Source of the DNA: Bacteroidia bacterium
GTDB taxonomy: Bacteria; Bacteroidota; Bacteroidia; AKYH767-A; OLB10
DNA length: 57,236 nt
Assembly (NCBI GenBank): GCA_038211525.1
Contig: JBBQVM010000001.1
Span: 1-57,236, forward strand
Direction: 5' to 3'
The notes beneath the pieces are model-generated. The model ran no database searches. It saw only the letters and a program-made list of their open reading frames with translations, and had not been told where the DNA came from. This document shows positions 29,452 through 38,638 of this stretch, piece by piece (position 1 is the stretch's first letter; every line of letters starts with the position of its first letter). A program made the position numbers and the translations under genes.

Positions 29452-30849
29452 TTACCAACCGACCAGTTTTATGCCGGCAGTGAAAGGAACCACATCGGGT
29501 CCACGATTGTCTTTGAACATATTTAATAAGCCATAACTTGCGAAAAGGGTAAAATCCCCATAACCCAATCTCACCGTAGCATCACAACGAAATGGGTTTA
29601 GGTTGAAATCGTCGTACATTTTAATTTTAGATTCATCACCATTAGTAGAAGATACTAATTTAACTCGGGATGCAACACGAAAGCCACCTATTACACCGGT
29701 TGCAAAATGGAAAGTATGCTTTGAATTTTGGCTGGTATTAAATTCAAGCAGCAGCGGCACATTAATATATTCGGCAACCAATTTGTTTTTCTTCAAGGTT
29801 ACAGTAGGATCACTAATTACAACCATTGAATCGGTTCCTGGAGCTAGATAAGCATCCGATTTAAATCGGTAATTGTTGATTGAAAAACCAAAACCGGTAA
29901 CGAGCATGATATTTCTGCGATAGAGTTTAAATTCAGCATCTACTAAGTTAAAATTAAGGGCGATCGACTTTTCGATGCGAGGTTTTAGAAATTCATAACC
30001 AGCAGGTGGAGTCGTTGAGAAATTTTGATCTACGAGTGTATTTATTCCCATCTCAAATCCTGCCCAATGACTTTTTACTTTTTGTGCACTAGTATTGACA
30101 GTATCTTTAAAACCGATACGAACGCTTTTTCCATCTCCATCAATAATCAGAATTTTCTTTTTACCAAAAGTGATTCGAGTAGTGTCTTTCATGGCAACAT
30201 CGGCATCCGATACCCGTCCTACGCCGGAGATATTATTATTTAGAGTAGTAGGTTTTGTAATATAGTAAACACTTCCGCTTCCGCTGATGTTGGAAGTTAA
30301 TTCATCCGTAACATCTACCAAACATTTACCACTACCGCTAATATTGGCAGTACATTTATTTACTTTAAAATGCTCTGCATCAATTTTACCGGAACCGCTT
30401 ATTTCAACATTCATTTCCTGAGCCGATCCTGCTAACTCCATTTTACCAGAACCACTAATTACACATTTTACATTTTGTGCATCCAGTTTCATTTCAATTT
30501 TGCCCGCACCGGTTACATACAAATCAATTGCATCAGTTTTAAATAAGTCTTCACTCTCCAGTTTCCCTGAACCACTGATATCTATTTTTGTAAGTTGTTT
30601 GGCAGTGACAATAATATCATCATCAGAACCAGTTATAACCAACCAGCCATCAGATGTTGTGCTAGCAATATTGCGAATGCTTTGATTGGAGTTTTCCATT
30701 GTAATACCGGTAGCATCTCCTTGTTTTAAAGTTACTTTTGCAGGACCTGAAACACGAATTTTGTCGAATGCCATGTCTGTTTGTGCTTTCATTGTGAGGG
30801 ATGACAAAACGCATGCGGTCATCAATCCGAGTGTTTTTATAGTTTTCAT
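29452..30849 (-). CDS. Fusion of a DUF2807 (GIN, putative adhesin head) beta-helix and a C-terminal outer-membrane beta-barrel domain
   Basis: Signal peptide; six (I/V)SGSGK repeats; C-terminal half has alternating beta-strand hydrophobicity and ends in ...KLVGW. Confidence 0.75.
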   Translation of the reverse strand: MKTIKTLGLMTACVLSSLTMKAQTDMAFDKIRVSGPAKVTLKQGDATGITMENSNQSIRNIASTTSDGWLVITGSDDDIIVTAKQLTKIDISGSGKLESEDLFKTDAIDLYVTGAGKIEMKLDAQNVKCVISGSGKMELAGSAQEMNVEISGSGKIDAEHFKVNKCTANISGSGKCLVDVTDELTSNISGSGSVYYITKPTTLNNNISGVGRVSDADVAMKDTTRITFGKKKILIIDGDGKSVRIGFKDTVNTSAQKVKSHWAGFEMGINTLVDQNFSTTPPAGYEFLKPRIEKSIALNFNLVDAEFKLYRRNIMLVTGFGFSINNYRFKSDAYLAPGTDSMVVISDPTVTLKKNKLVAEYINVPLLLEFNTSQNSKHTFHFATGVIGGFRVASRVKLVSSTNGDESKIKMYDDFNLNPFRCDATVRLGYGDFTLFASYGLLNMFKDNRGPDVVPFTAGIKLVGW

Positions 30850-30963
30850 AAATTAAATTTTATCGTTGTTTGTGAGTAGGACGGTTGAAGGAATCGGAAA
30901 GTTACAGCCGTTAGAAATAAGTTAAAAGTTAAGTTTGAATATTTATTGTGAGGGGAATAAGCA

Positions 30964-32106
30964 TTATTTAGCTATATCCTTTTCAATTTTAAATTTCCCT
31001 ATTGAAAAACTGAAACGGGATCTATCGGAATCGGTAGTGTTATCGGAGGTAATAGCAACTTTGTCGTTGGAAACTTTTTCAATACCTCTTTCAAGCAGAT
31101 CACTTACACGTGTGCGAGGTGATGTGGATTCATCGGCAAGAGCCAAAGCATTGTCATCACCGGAAGTAACTTTTTGCAAGGTGCGATCTGATGCCTGGAG
31201 GAGCGCTTCTATAACAGTTAAATATTTTTCTTCTTTAACAGGAAGTGATTTACGATTAAGAGCAACCGGGTTGTCAGTTTTTACCTGCTGAATTTCTTTT
31301 GTAACCGGCAATTCATTCAAAATAATTGGATCAATCGTTGCAACCGGAGTAGGTTCAATAACTAATTTATCGTTGGGAAATGATTCTTTTTTATTTGGGT
31401 TAGAGTTATGATTTCTTGCCGGTGGAGCAACTTTATTTTGATGTGCCAATTGAAAATCTTCATTTTTTAATGAAGGAGTATTTGTAGGAACAGAGGCCGG
31501 TTTTTTATTATTTGCCGAATCTATTTCAGTGCTGCTACTATTTTGTTGCTGGTTGTTTTTCTCATTAACCTGCTTAGGTGATTCAGCAAATTCGACAGCC
31601 GTCTTCTCTGTGTTGCGGGTAAATAAATAATAGGTTCCGCCAATGAGCGAAAGAATAAGCATGGCAGCAATTGCATAGCTTATAGTATTGTTGAAATTAA
31701 AAGCAAATGGAACGATTTTCTTTAATTCCCTTTTACCGGGAAAAATTTCGTTGCCTGGAATTAGTTTGGTTGACTTGAAAATTTTTAAATCATTTTCACG
31801 AGATGGATTTAATTTCAAATAGGAGTCTAAACTACTTTGTTCATCAGCAGTTAAATCACCTTCCACGAAAGCAATCATGTACTGAGAAACATTTTCATCA
31901 TTCACCACTCCCCTTTTCAACTCATTCTTAAATGGAAACTCAATTTGTGATGACTCCAAAGTAACAGCATGGAAATTCTCAAATTCATTTTTTAGCTCGG
32001 GATTTGATTCCAGGAAAAGAAACAGGTCAGCAACCCGTTCAGCAGAAAGTTTTCCATCAAAGTAATCGATGAAAGCTTCTTCGTAATTATTCCTGTTAAT
32101 ATTCAT
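30964..32106 (-). CDS. Putative anti-sigma factor (single-pass membrane protein)
   Basis: Lies immediately downstream of the ECF sigma gene. Short cytoplasmic N-domain, one TM helix (ISYAIAAMLILSLIGGTYYLF), and a low-complexity periplasmic region. Confidence 0.5.
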   Translation of the reverse strand: MNINRNNYEEAFIDYFDGKLSAERVADLFLFLESNPELKNEFENFHAVTLESSQIEFPFKNELKRGVVNDENVSQYMIAFVEGDLTADEQSSLDSYLKLNPSRENDLKIFKSTKLIPGNEIFPGKRELKKIVPFAFNFNNTISYAIAAMLILSLIGGTYYLFTRNTEKTAVEFAESPKQVNEKNNQQQNSSSTEIDSANNKKPASVPTNTPSLKNEDFQLAHQNKVAPPARNHNSNPNKKESFPNDKLVIEPTPVATIDPIILNELPVTKEIQQVKTDNPVALNRKSLPVKEEKYLTVIEALLQASDRTLQKVTSGDDNALALADESTSPRTRVSDLLERGIEKVSNDKVAITSDNTTDSDRSRFSFSIGKFKIEKDIAK

Positions 32107-32188
32107 TTTATTTATTGTTCAATTATACTTAACTTCTCACTTTCCTTTACCAGACTATTACTCACTCGAGCCGTCATCTTCCACTTCA

Positions 32189-32674
32189 TTAAATTACATT
32201 CTGAATAGTACCAATATAATCTTTCAAGAAATTCCTAGCCCGGTAGATATACACTTTTACTTGTGATTCATTCAGACCTGTAATGTTACCAATTTCATCG
32301 TAGCTGTATCCTTCGTAATCGCGCAACATGATCACTGATTTTTGCACTTCGGGAAGTTTTGCAACTGCTTCATTCAATATTTGTTTTACGTCGGAATATT
32401 GATTTTCACTGCTTAGTGTGTTCAGATTCGCCTCTTCCATTTTAGCAGATTTTTTACTTCTTCTTATTTTATCTACCATCGTACGATAGGCGGTTGTGAA
32501 GATGTAGGATTTCGCTTTTTCGAAATTGACATTCATGTAGTTCATCCATAACTTTTCGAAAGTGTCCTGTACGATGTCCTTAGCGTCATCTTTATCCTTG
32601 ATATTATGCAAGATAAAACGATAAACTCCATCGGAGAATTGGTCTACACACTTATTATATTCCGAAACGGTCAT
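32189..32674 (-). CDS. RNA polymerase sigma factor, ECF (sigma-70 family)
   Basis: Region 2 (DIVQDTFEKLW) and region 4 (SYDEIGNITGLNESQVKVYIYRAR) signatures; 161 aa. Confidence 0.9.
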   Translation of the reverse strand: MTVSEYNKCVDQFSDGVYRFILHNIKDKDDAKDIVQDTFEKLWMNYMNVNFEKAKSYIFTTAYRTMVDKIRRSKKSAKMEEANLNTLSSENQYSDVKQILNEAVAKLPEVQKSVIMLRDYEGYSYDEIGNITGLNESQVKVYIYRARNFLKDYIGTIQNVI

Positions 32675-32695
32675 AAACGCAATGAGGTCGATTTA

Positions 32696-32703
32696 CAAAT
32701 TTA
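32696..32703 (-). promoter_or_regulatory. -7 box (TAAATTTG) upstream of the ECF sigma gene
   Basis: Exact TAnnTTTG match, 21 nt upstream of the ATG at 32674. Confidence 0.4.
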
Positions 32704-32723
32704 CTGGTTTCCTGAAAATGAGA

Positions 32724-32756
32724 CGGGCACCTGTAAGGATAAGTTACAGGTGCCCG
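32724..32756 (-). terminator. Terminator hairpin downstream of infB
   Basis: Perfect 13-bp stem CGGGCACCTGTAA/TTACAGGTGCCCG with a 7-nt loop, 40 nt past the infB stop. Confidence 0.7.
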
Positions 32757-32795
32757 CTAAAAAATTTGTTTATTTGTAAATAGCTGAATATCAGT

Positions 32796-35700
32796 CTATG
32801 CCAATGTTCTCTTTACGGCTACCTGCTCGTATCCTTCAACAATATCACCAATTTGAATATCGTTAAAATTATTGATACTCAATCCGCATTCGTAACCGGT
32901 AGCTACTTCTTTAACATCATCTTTGAATCGTTTCAACGAAGATAGGTCACCGGAGTGGGCAACGATTCCATCGCGAATGATACGAACTTTGGTGTTACGA
33001 GTAATTTTTCCGTCGAGCACCATACATCCTGCAATAGTTCCTGCTTTAGGTATTTTGAATACTTCACGCACTTCCAGGTTACATATAATTTTTTCTTGGA
33101 ATTCAGGTGCAAGCATTCCTTCCATGGCATCCTTAACTTCATTAATAGCATCATAGATGATAGAATAGAGACGGATATCAATTTGTTCCTGCTCAGCAAG
33201 TTTACGAGCACTCAAAGCAGGTCGGACCTGGAAGCCAATAATAATTGCATTAGATGCAGAAGCCAGCAATACATCCGACTCGGTAATAGCACCAACAGAT
33301 TTATGAATTACATTCACTTGAATTTCGGCAGTAGAAAGTTTAAGTAAGGAATCGGCAAGAGCTTCCACAGATCCATCCACATCACCTTTAACAATAACAT
33401 TCAATTCCTTAAAGTTTCCAATTGCCAAACGACGACCAATTTCATCGAGTGTAATATGTTTATGAGTACGAATACCCTGCTCACGTTGTAACTGCAAACG
33501 TTTATTTGCAATGTCACGAGCTTCTCTATCATCATCCATTATGTTGAACTGATCACCTGCTTGCACAGCACCGGCCATACCGAGCATAATAACCGGTTGG
33601 GCCGGACCTGCTTCATCCATTCGATTACCACGTTCGTTAAACAACGCTTTTACACGGCCTGAATAGCATCCGGCAAGCATAATATCACCTACTTTAAGGG
33701 TGCCATTTAAAACCAGAACGGTAGTTACATATCCTCTTCCTTTATCAAGTGAAGATTCAATTACGGTACCAACAGCATTTTTATTAGGATTTGCTTTTAA
33801 ATCTAAAATTTCAGCTTCCAGCAACACTTTTTCAAGCAGTGTATCAATATTCAAACCTTGCTTTGCAGAAATTTCCTGACATTGATATTTACCTCCCCAT
33901 TCTTCAACGAGAATATTCATTTTTGAAAGTTGCTCTTTGATTCTGTCAGGGCTCGCTCCGGGTTTATCGATTTTATTAATTGCAAAAACGATTGGAACAT
34001 TAGCTGCCTGAGCGTGGTTAATTGCTTCAATTGTTTGAGGCATCACGCTATCATCAGCAGCGATCACAATAATAGCAATATCGGTAACTTTAGCACCTCT
34101 GGCACGCATGGCGGTAAAGGCTTCGTGACCGGGAGTATCGAGGAACGTAATTTTACGTCCATCGTCAAGTTTCACTTCATAAGCACCAATGTGCTGTGTG
34201 ATACCACCTGCTTCACCGGCGATAACATTAGCTTTTCGTATATAGTCAAGCAGGGAGGTTTTACCATGATCAACGTGACCCATTACAGTAACGATAGGGG
34301 CACGTGGTTTCAGATCGGCGGGATCATCTGCTTTTTCCTGAATTGCTTCCTGAACATCAACAGAAACGAACTCCACTTTATAACCAAATTCATCGGCCAC
34401 AACTGTAAGTGTTTCCGCATCGAGACGTTGATTGATAGAAACGATGATACCAAGACTCATACATGTTGCGATGATATCGGTAACAGGAACGCCAATTAAT
34501 TTTGCCAATTCATTTGCAGAAACGAATTCGGTTACCTTAATTGTTTTAGATTGTGTTGCTTCTTCAGCGGCTACTTCTTCGGCTTTGTGATAAGCTTCAC
34601 GTTTTTCTTTACGGTGTTTAGAAGATTTCGATTTACCGGCACCACTCAACCGAGCGAGCGTAGCTTTAATCTGATCTTGAATTTCTTTTTCAGTAGGTTC
34701 TACTTTTGCTGGAGGCGTATATTTTTTTCCTTTAGCACCACCGCCGGCATTTCCACCGCCACCACCGGGAGGTCCACCCGGACGTTTCCATGGTTCGGTT
34801 CTAATTTCGGTATGAGGACGCGGGGTTGCAGTATTATCGGAAGCGTTGACTTTTTTCTCGGTCCGTTTTCTTTTTTTCTTACGTTTATCATCATCGATAG
34901 TGGAAGAAGAGGCAACCGGTTTCTTTTTAGGAGGATCAACCGGCAACACAATTTTTCCAAGAATAGTAGGCCCGGTCAATTTATCACGATCCATTCGGAA
35001 AGGAACATCTTTCACATCGGCGGCCGGAGCTACAACATCGGGTTCAACTATCGGTGGTTGTTCAGCAACTATTTCTTCTTTTACAACTTCAGGTGCTTTA
35101 GTTTCAGGTATGGGAGTTTCTTCTACTTTTACTTCAGCAACTTCAATTTCCTTTTCTTTCGATTTAACAGGAGCCTTTTCTTTTTCTTTTTCCTTAGCTT
35201 TTACGGGTTCAACTTCCTTCTCTTTAGTTTTTTTCTTTTCGGTTTCTTTTTTCTTCTCGGCTTGTTTTACTTCTTCTGCAGCTTTTGATTCAGCAGCTTC
35301 AGCAAGGTCGTCGGCAGCTTTCTTTTTCGCACTTTTTTTCTTCGGAGTATCTAAGGCGTCGAGATCAATTTTATCAATTACTTTTGGCTGAGTTTTTTCA
35401 ATTTTAGCTTTAATAACTGCCGGCTCCTGAATTTTCTCCTCGGTTGCTTTTGATTTTTTAGGCGTAAGAGACGGCTTTTCTTTATCAGCGGCATCTTGTT
35501 TTATTTGAGCAAGATCGCGAGACAAATTGTCTTCTGTTTCAACTTCTTGTTCTTTAACTGTTTCAGAAGAGGTTTTTGCTTCAATAACAACATTATCTTT
35601 TTTAAACTTCTGATTAGTAATTTCCTCAGCCGTTTTCTTAATTTGTTTATCGGTTTGAAATTCCTTTTGCAGGAGTTCATAGGCCTCAACAGTAATTTTA

Positions 35701-35819
35701 GAATTCGGATTTTTCTCCACGCTGAATCCCTTTTTATCGAGGAAATCAAGAGCATGGTCGATTCCGATGCTAAATTCCTTAAGCACCTTACTGAGTCTTA
35801 TTGTTGAAGTTTCTGACAT
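32796..35819 (-). CDS. infB: Translation initiation factor IF-2
   Basis: GTPase motifs ([18 protein letters not shown]); long K/E/P/A-rich N-terminal region; 1007 aa. Confidence 0.97.
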   Translation of the reverse strand: MSETSTIRLSKVLKEFSIGIDHALDFLDKKGFSVEKNPNSKITVEAYELLQKEFQTDKQIKKTAEEITNQKFKKDNVVIEAKTSSETVKEQEVETEDNLSRDLAQIKQDAADKEKPSLTPKKSKATEEKIQEPAVIKAKIEKTQPKVIDKIDLDALDTPKKKSAKKKAADDLAEAAESKAAEEVKQAEKKKETEKKKTKEKEVEPVKAKEKEKEKAPVKSKEKEIEVAEVKVEETPIPETKAPEVVKEEIVAEQPPIVEPDVVAPAADVKDVPFRMDRDKLTGPTILGKIVLPVDPPKKKPVASSSTIDDDKRKKKRKRTEKKVNASDNTATPRPHTEIRTEPWKRPGGPPGGGGGNAGGGAKGKKYTPPAKVEPTEKEIQDQIKATLARLSGAGKSKSSKHRKEKREAYHKAEEVAAEEATQSKTIKVTEFVSANELAKLIGVPVTDIIATCMSLGIIVSINQRLDAETLTVVADEFGYKVEFVSVDVQEAIQEKADDPADLKPRAPIVTVMGHVDHGKTSLLDYIRKANVIAGEAGGITQHIGAYEVKLDDGRKITFLDTPGHEAFTAMRARGAKVTDIAIIVIAADDSVMPQTIEAINHAQAANVPIVFAINKIDKPGASPDRIKEQLSKMNILVEEWGGKYQCQEISAKQGLNIDTLLEKVLLEAEILDLKANPNKNAVGTVIESSLDKGRGYVTTVLVLNGTLKVGDIMLAGCYSGRVKALFNERGNRMDEAGPAQPVIMLGMAGAVQAGDQFNIMDDDREARDIANKRLQLQREQGIRTHKHITLDEIGRRLAIGNFKELNVIVKGDVDGSVEALADSLLKLSTAEIQVNVIHKSVGAITESDVLLASASNAIIIGFQVRPALSARKLAEQEQIDIRLYSIIYDAINEVKDAMEGMLAPEFQEKIICNLEVREVFKIPKAGTIAGCMVLDGKITRNTKVRIIRDGIVAHSGDLSSLKRFKDDVKEVATGYECGLSINNFNDIQIGDIVEGYEQVAVKRTLA

Positions 35820-35876
35820 TCTTAAATATTAATTTTCTACTTATTCATAACGAAGATGAGGAGGGTTCGGGTCAGG

Positions 35877-37112
35877 TTATTCAAATTCTGAACGAAGTAT
35901 TCTCATCACTTCCTTAATGGTTTCTTCTTCAAGATCGGTACGCTTCACCAGGTCCTCAACACCCAGATCAAGTACACTTTTAGCGGTATCGCAACCAATG
36001 CCTTTTAGTTCATCAATGATCCAGCTTTCAATTTCGTCTGAGAATTCATCCAGATCCACATCTTCTTCAGCTTCATCGGAATCGCGATACACATCAATTT
36101 CAAATCCGGTAAGTTTTCCTGCAAGGCGAATATTATGGCCACCTTTACCTATAGCTAAGGAAACCTGATCAGGTTTCATATAAACGGATGCACGTTTGGT
36201 ATCGTCGTCTAATTTAATAGAAGATATTTTAGCAGGAGAAAGTGCTCTAGTAATGTATAAAGAAATATTATTTGTATAATTGATAACATCAATATTTTCA
36301 TTTTTCAATTCACGTACGATACCATGAATTCTGGAACCTTTCATTCCTACGCAAGCACCAACGGGATCGATCCGATCATCATAAGATTCAACTGCTACTT
36401 TAGCTCTTTCACCGGGTTCACGAACAATATTTTTGATAGTAATTAAGCCATCAAAAACTTCCGGCACTTCCTGTTCAAATAATCTTTCAAGGAAAACCGG
36501 AGAGGTACGGGAGAGAATAATTTTAGGAGTACCATTCACCATTTCAACGCGCAACACCACAGACCGAACGGAGTCACCTTTGCGGAAAAAATCGGATGGT
36601 ATTTGTTCTATTTTAGGAAGTATTAGTTCATTGCCTTCATCATCAAGCACGAGTGCTTCCTTTTTCCAGACCTGATAAATTTCGCCGGCAATAATTTCAC
36701 CAACACGATCTTTGTATTTTTTATAGATAGAATCTTTTTCCAGCTCCATTACACGAGCCTGAAGATTCTGACGAGCTGCAAGTACGGCACGACGACCGAA
36801 TGCTTCCAATTTAACGGGCTCAGTTACTTCTTCACCAATTTCAAAATCAGGTTCAATTTTTACAGCTTCAGAGTAAGGAATCTGCAGATTTTCATCTTCA
36901 ACCATTCCATCTTCCACGATAGTACGGTTGCGCCAAACTTCCAGGTCACCTTTATCAATGTTAATGATTACGTCAAGATTATCGGCACTGCCGTATTTTT
37001 TACGTAACATATTCTTAAATACATCTTCAAGAATACTCATCATCGTAGCACGATCAATGCTCTTAAATTCCTTGAATTCCGAGAAGGATTCTATCAGTAC
37101 TGAGTGATCCAT
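35877..37112 (-). CDS. nusA: Transcription termination/antitermination factor NusA
   Basis: S1 and KH domains (GACVGMKGSRI, AIGKGGHNIRLA); 411 aa. Confidence 0.97.
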   Translation of the reverse strand: MDHSVLIESFSEFKEFKSIDRATMMSILEDVFKNMLRKKYGSADNLDVIINIDKGDLEVWRNRTIVEDGMVEDENLQIPYSEAVKIEPDFEIGEEVTEPVKLEAFGRRAVLAARQNLQARVMELEKDSIYKKYKDRVGEIIAGEIYQVWKKEALVLDDEGNELILPKIEQIPSDFFRKGDSVRSVVLRVEMVNGTPKIILSRTSPVFLERLFEQEVPEVFDGLITIKNIVREPGERAKVAVESYDDRIDPVGACVGMKGSRIHGIVRELKNENIDVINYTNNISLYITRALSPAKISSIKLDDDTKRASVYMKPDQVSLAIGKGGHNIRLAGKLTGFEIDVYRDSDEAEEDVDLDEFSDEIESWIIDELKGIGCDTAKSVLDLGVEDLVKRTDLEEETIKEVMRILRSEFE

Positions 37113-37117
37113 TACTG

Positions 37118-37585
37118 TTAATTTTTAAATGATAATATTAATTTAGTTTCTTTAATGTTTTCGTAATTCAATTGGCGCATTACTTCCGTAACCACCTTTT
37201 TTTTATTTTCCTTACGGGTAATGATTTCAAGCACTTCAATTCCTTTTGAATCGGCAACTTTTAATGTTCCTTTAATCTCTTCTCCAACATTAGTTACAAT
37301 TCTAACGTCACGGCCTATACGTCGAAGATATTGCTGATATACTTTCAATGGTTGATCCATTCCCGGAGAAGATACTTCCAGTTCATGGTTTTCCCAAACG
37401 TTTTCGGGTTCAAGGGCATCAAATATAAATCGGTTCAAACTACTACACTCTGCCAGAGTTACTCCTGCCGGTTTATCGATGAAAACCGTGACCTTTGAGG
37501 GGGCTGATTTCACCTCAACCAAGAAGCACTCTGAGGAGTCAATCCATTGATTTACAATATTTTCTATGTTCTCTTTCGCGATCAT
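37118..37585 (-). CDS. rimP: Ribosome maturation factor RimP
   Basis: Conserved position upstream of nusA; LEVSSPGMDQPL motif. Confidence 0.93.
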   Translation of the reverse strand: MIAKENIENIVNQWIDSSECFLVEVKSAPSKVTVFIDKPAGVTLAECSSLNRFIFDALEPENVWENHELEVSSPGMDQPLKVYQQYLRRIGRDVRIVTNVGEEIKGTLKVADSKGIEVLEIITRKENKKKVVTEVMRQLNYENIKETKLILSFKN

Positions 37586-37591
37586 ATTTAT

Positions 37592-37616
37592 TAAAAAAGG
37601 GGACTATTGTCCCCTC
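37592..37616 (-). terminator. Intrinsic-terminator-like hairpin 12 nt upstream of the rimP ATG (ridA terminator and/or leader attenuator)
   Basis: On the - strand: AGGGGAC aata GTCCCCT followed by TTTTT, then AATAAAT ATG. Confidence 0.6.
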
Positions 37617-37635
37617 TTTCTATCAATTACAGCTG

Positions 37636-37643
37636 CAAATATA
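37636..37643 (-). promoter_or_regulatory. -7 box (TATATTTG) upstream of rimP-nusA-infB
   Basis: Exact TAnnTTTG match. It lies upstream, in the direction of transcription, of the hairpin at 37592-37616. Confidence 0.4.
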
Positions 37644-37755
37644 GTAAAAATAGTATAAAAGTTAGTTGGAAAGTAGAAATTTTAGCGGGAGAGCAGGGAA
37701 TTCAGAGCGAGAGAGAGGATGAGAATGAGAACGAGGAAAATGAAGAGGAAAATGG

Positions 37756-38178
37756 TTAGATGGTAGCGATGACTTTGAGTTCGATGGCTATTGGAGTAGG
37801 TAAGCAGTTAATTTCTACCGTGGTACGACAAGGTTGGGCGTCTTTGAAATATTCAGCATAGAGGCGGTTGTAAGTGGCAAAATCGTCTTTCATATTGGTA
37901 AGAAAAACTGTTACATCAACCATCTTATCCCATGAGGTACCGGCTTCTTCCAGAATGGCTCTAACGTTTCTAAAAACTGAATGGCACTGTTTTTCAATAT
38001 CGTAGGAAATAATTTTACCATTTTCGTCTACTTCTACGCCAGGAATTTGCTTAGTCCCCCGCTCCCGTGGACCAACCCCCGATAAAAATAACAGATTTCC
38101 CACCCTACGGGCATGCGGGTAGGAGCCGACGGGTTCCGGCGCCTTTGATGAGTTGATGGAGGGGTTTTCGTTGTTCAT
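37756..38178 (-). CDS. ridA: RidA/YjgF family reactive-intermediate deaminase
   Basis: YjgF/RidA family sequence (GNLLFLSGVGP, RTTVEI). Start set at the ATG at 38178; the tracked start is a TTG. A TACTTTTG -7 box lies at 38199-38206. Confidence 0.85.
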   Translation of the reverse strand: MNNENPSINSSKAPEPVGSYPHARRVGNLLFLSGVGPRERGTKQIPGVEVDENGKIISYDIEKQCHSVFRNVRAILEEAGTSWDKMVDVTVFLTNMKDDFATYNRLYAEYFKDAQPCRTTVEINCLPTPIAIELKVIATI

Positions 38179-38235
38179 GTTGACGATTTTTTGCAAGACA
38201 AAAGTAGGGAAAAACGGCTGCGGATGGAAGGGTGT

Positions 38236-38616
38236 TTAGGTTTTGAGGAGTTCTCTAACTATAGGGATGTCGGCTGCGGCCCAATCGAGGGTGATTAATT
38301 CATCCGGCGAAAGCCAAACAAACTTCATATGTTCCCTGAGCGTTATAGTGCCTTTTTTAATAGTTGCTTTGAAAGGAATTAGTTGGATGGTGAAATCGGG
38401 ATAGTGATGAAAAACACTTTTTAGTGAGCCTATGATTTCAATTTGCAGGTTGAGTTCTTCCTGGATTTCACGCAGGATACAATTATGAGGATCCTCCTCT
38501 GCTTCGACTTTGCCACCGGGGAACTCCCACTTAAAAGGCATTTTCATAAGTGGTCCGCGCTGTGTTACCAGGATTTTATTTTGGTGTAGAATAATTGCGC
38601 ACGCTACTTTTATCAT
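38236..38616 (-). CDS. NUDIX hydrolase (MutT-like nucleoside triphosphate pyrophosphohydrolase)
   Basis: Nudix box GGKVEAEEDPHNCILREIQEELNL. Confidence 0.85.
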   Translation of the reverse strand: MIKVACAIILHQNKILVTQRGPLMKMPFKWEFPGGKVEAEEDPHNCILREIQEELNLQIEIIGSLKSVFHHYPDFTIQLIPFKATIKKGTITLREHMKFVWLSPDELITLDWAAADIPIVRELLKT

Positions 38617-38638
38617 GCAAAATCAAATGATAATTTTT

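Noticed and set aside
30935-31291. 118-aa + strand ORF antisense to the anti-sigma-like gene, and similar 60-130-aa antisense ORFs inside leuS, lysS, asd, queA, ispD and the 1158-aa gene
   Set aside because: All are fully embedded antisense in well-supported genes, lack promoter boxes and have skewed nonsense composition. This is the expected background in an AT-rich genome.
33930-35807. Several long + strand ORFs (189, 245, 181 and 103 aa) antisense to infB
   Set aside because: They are mirror images of the K/E/P/A-rich low-complexity N-terminal region and GTPase region of IF-2. They translate to F/S/L-rich nonsense.
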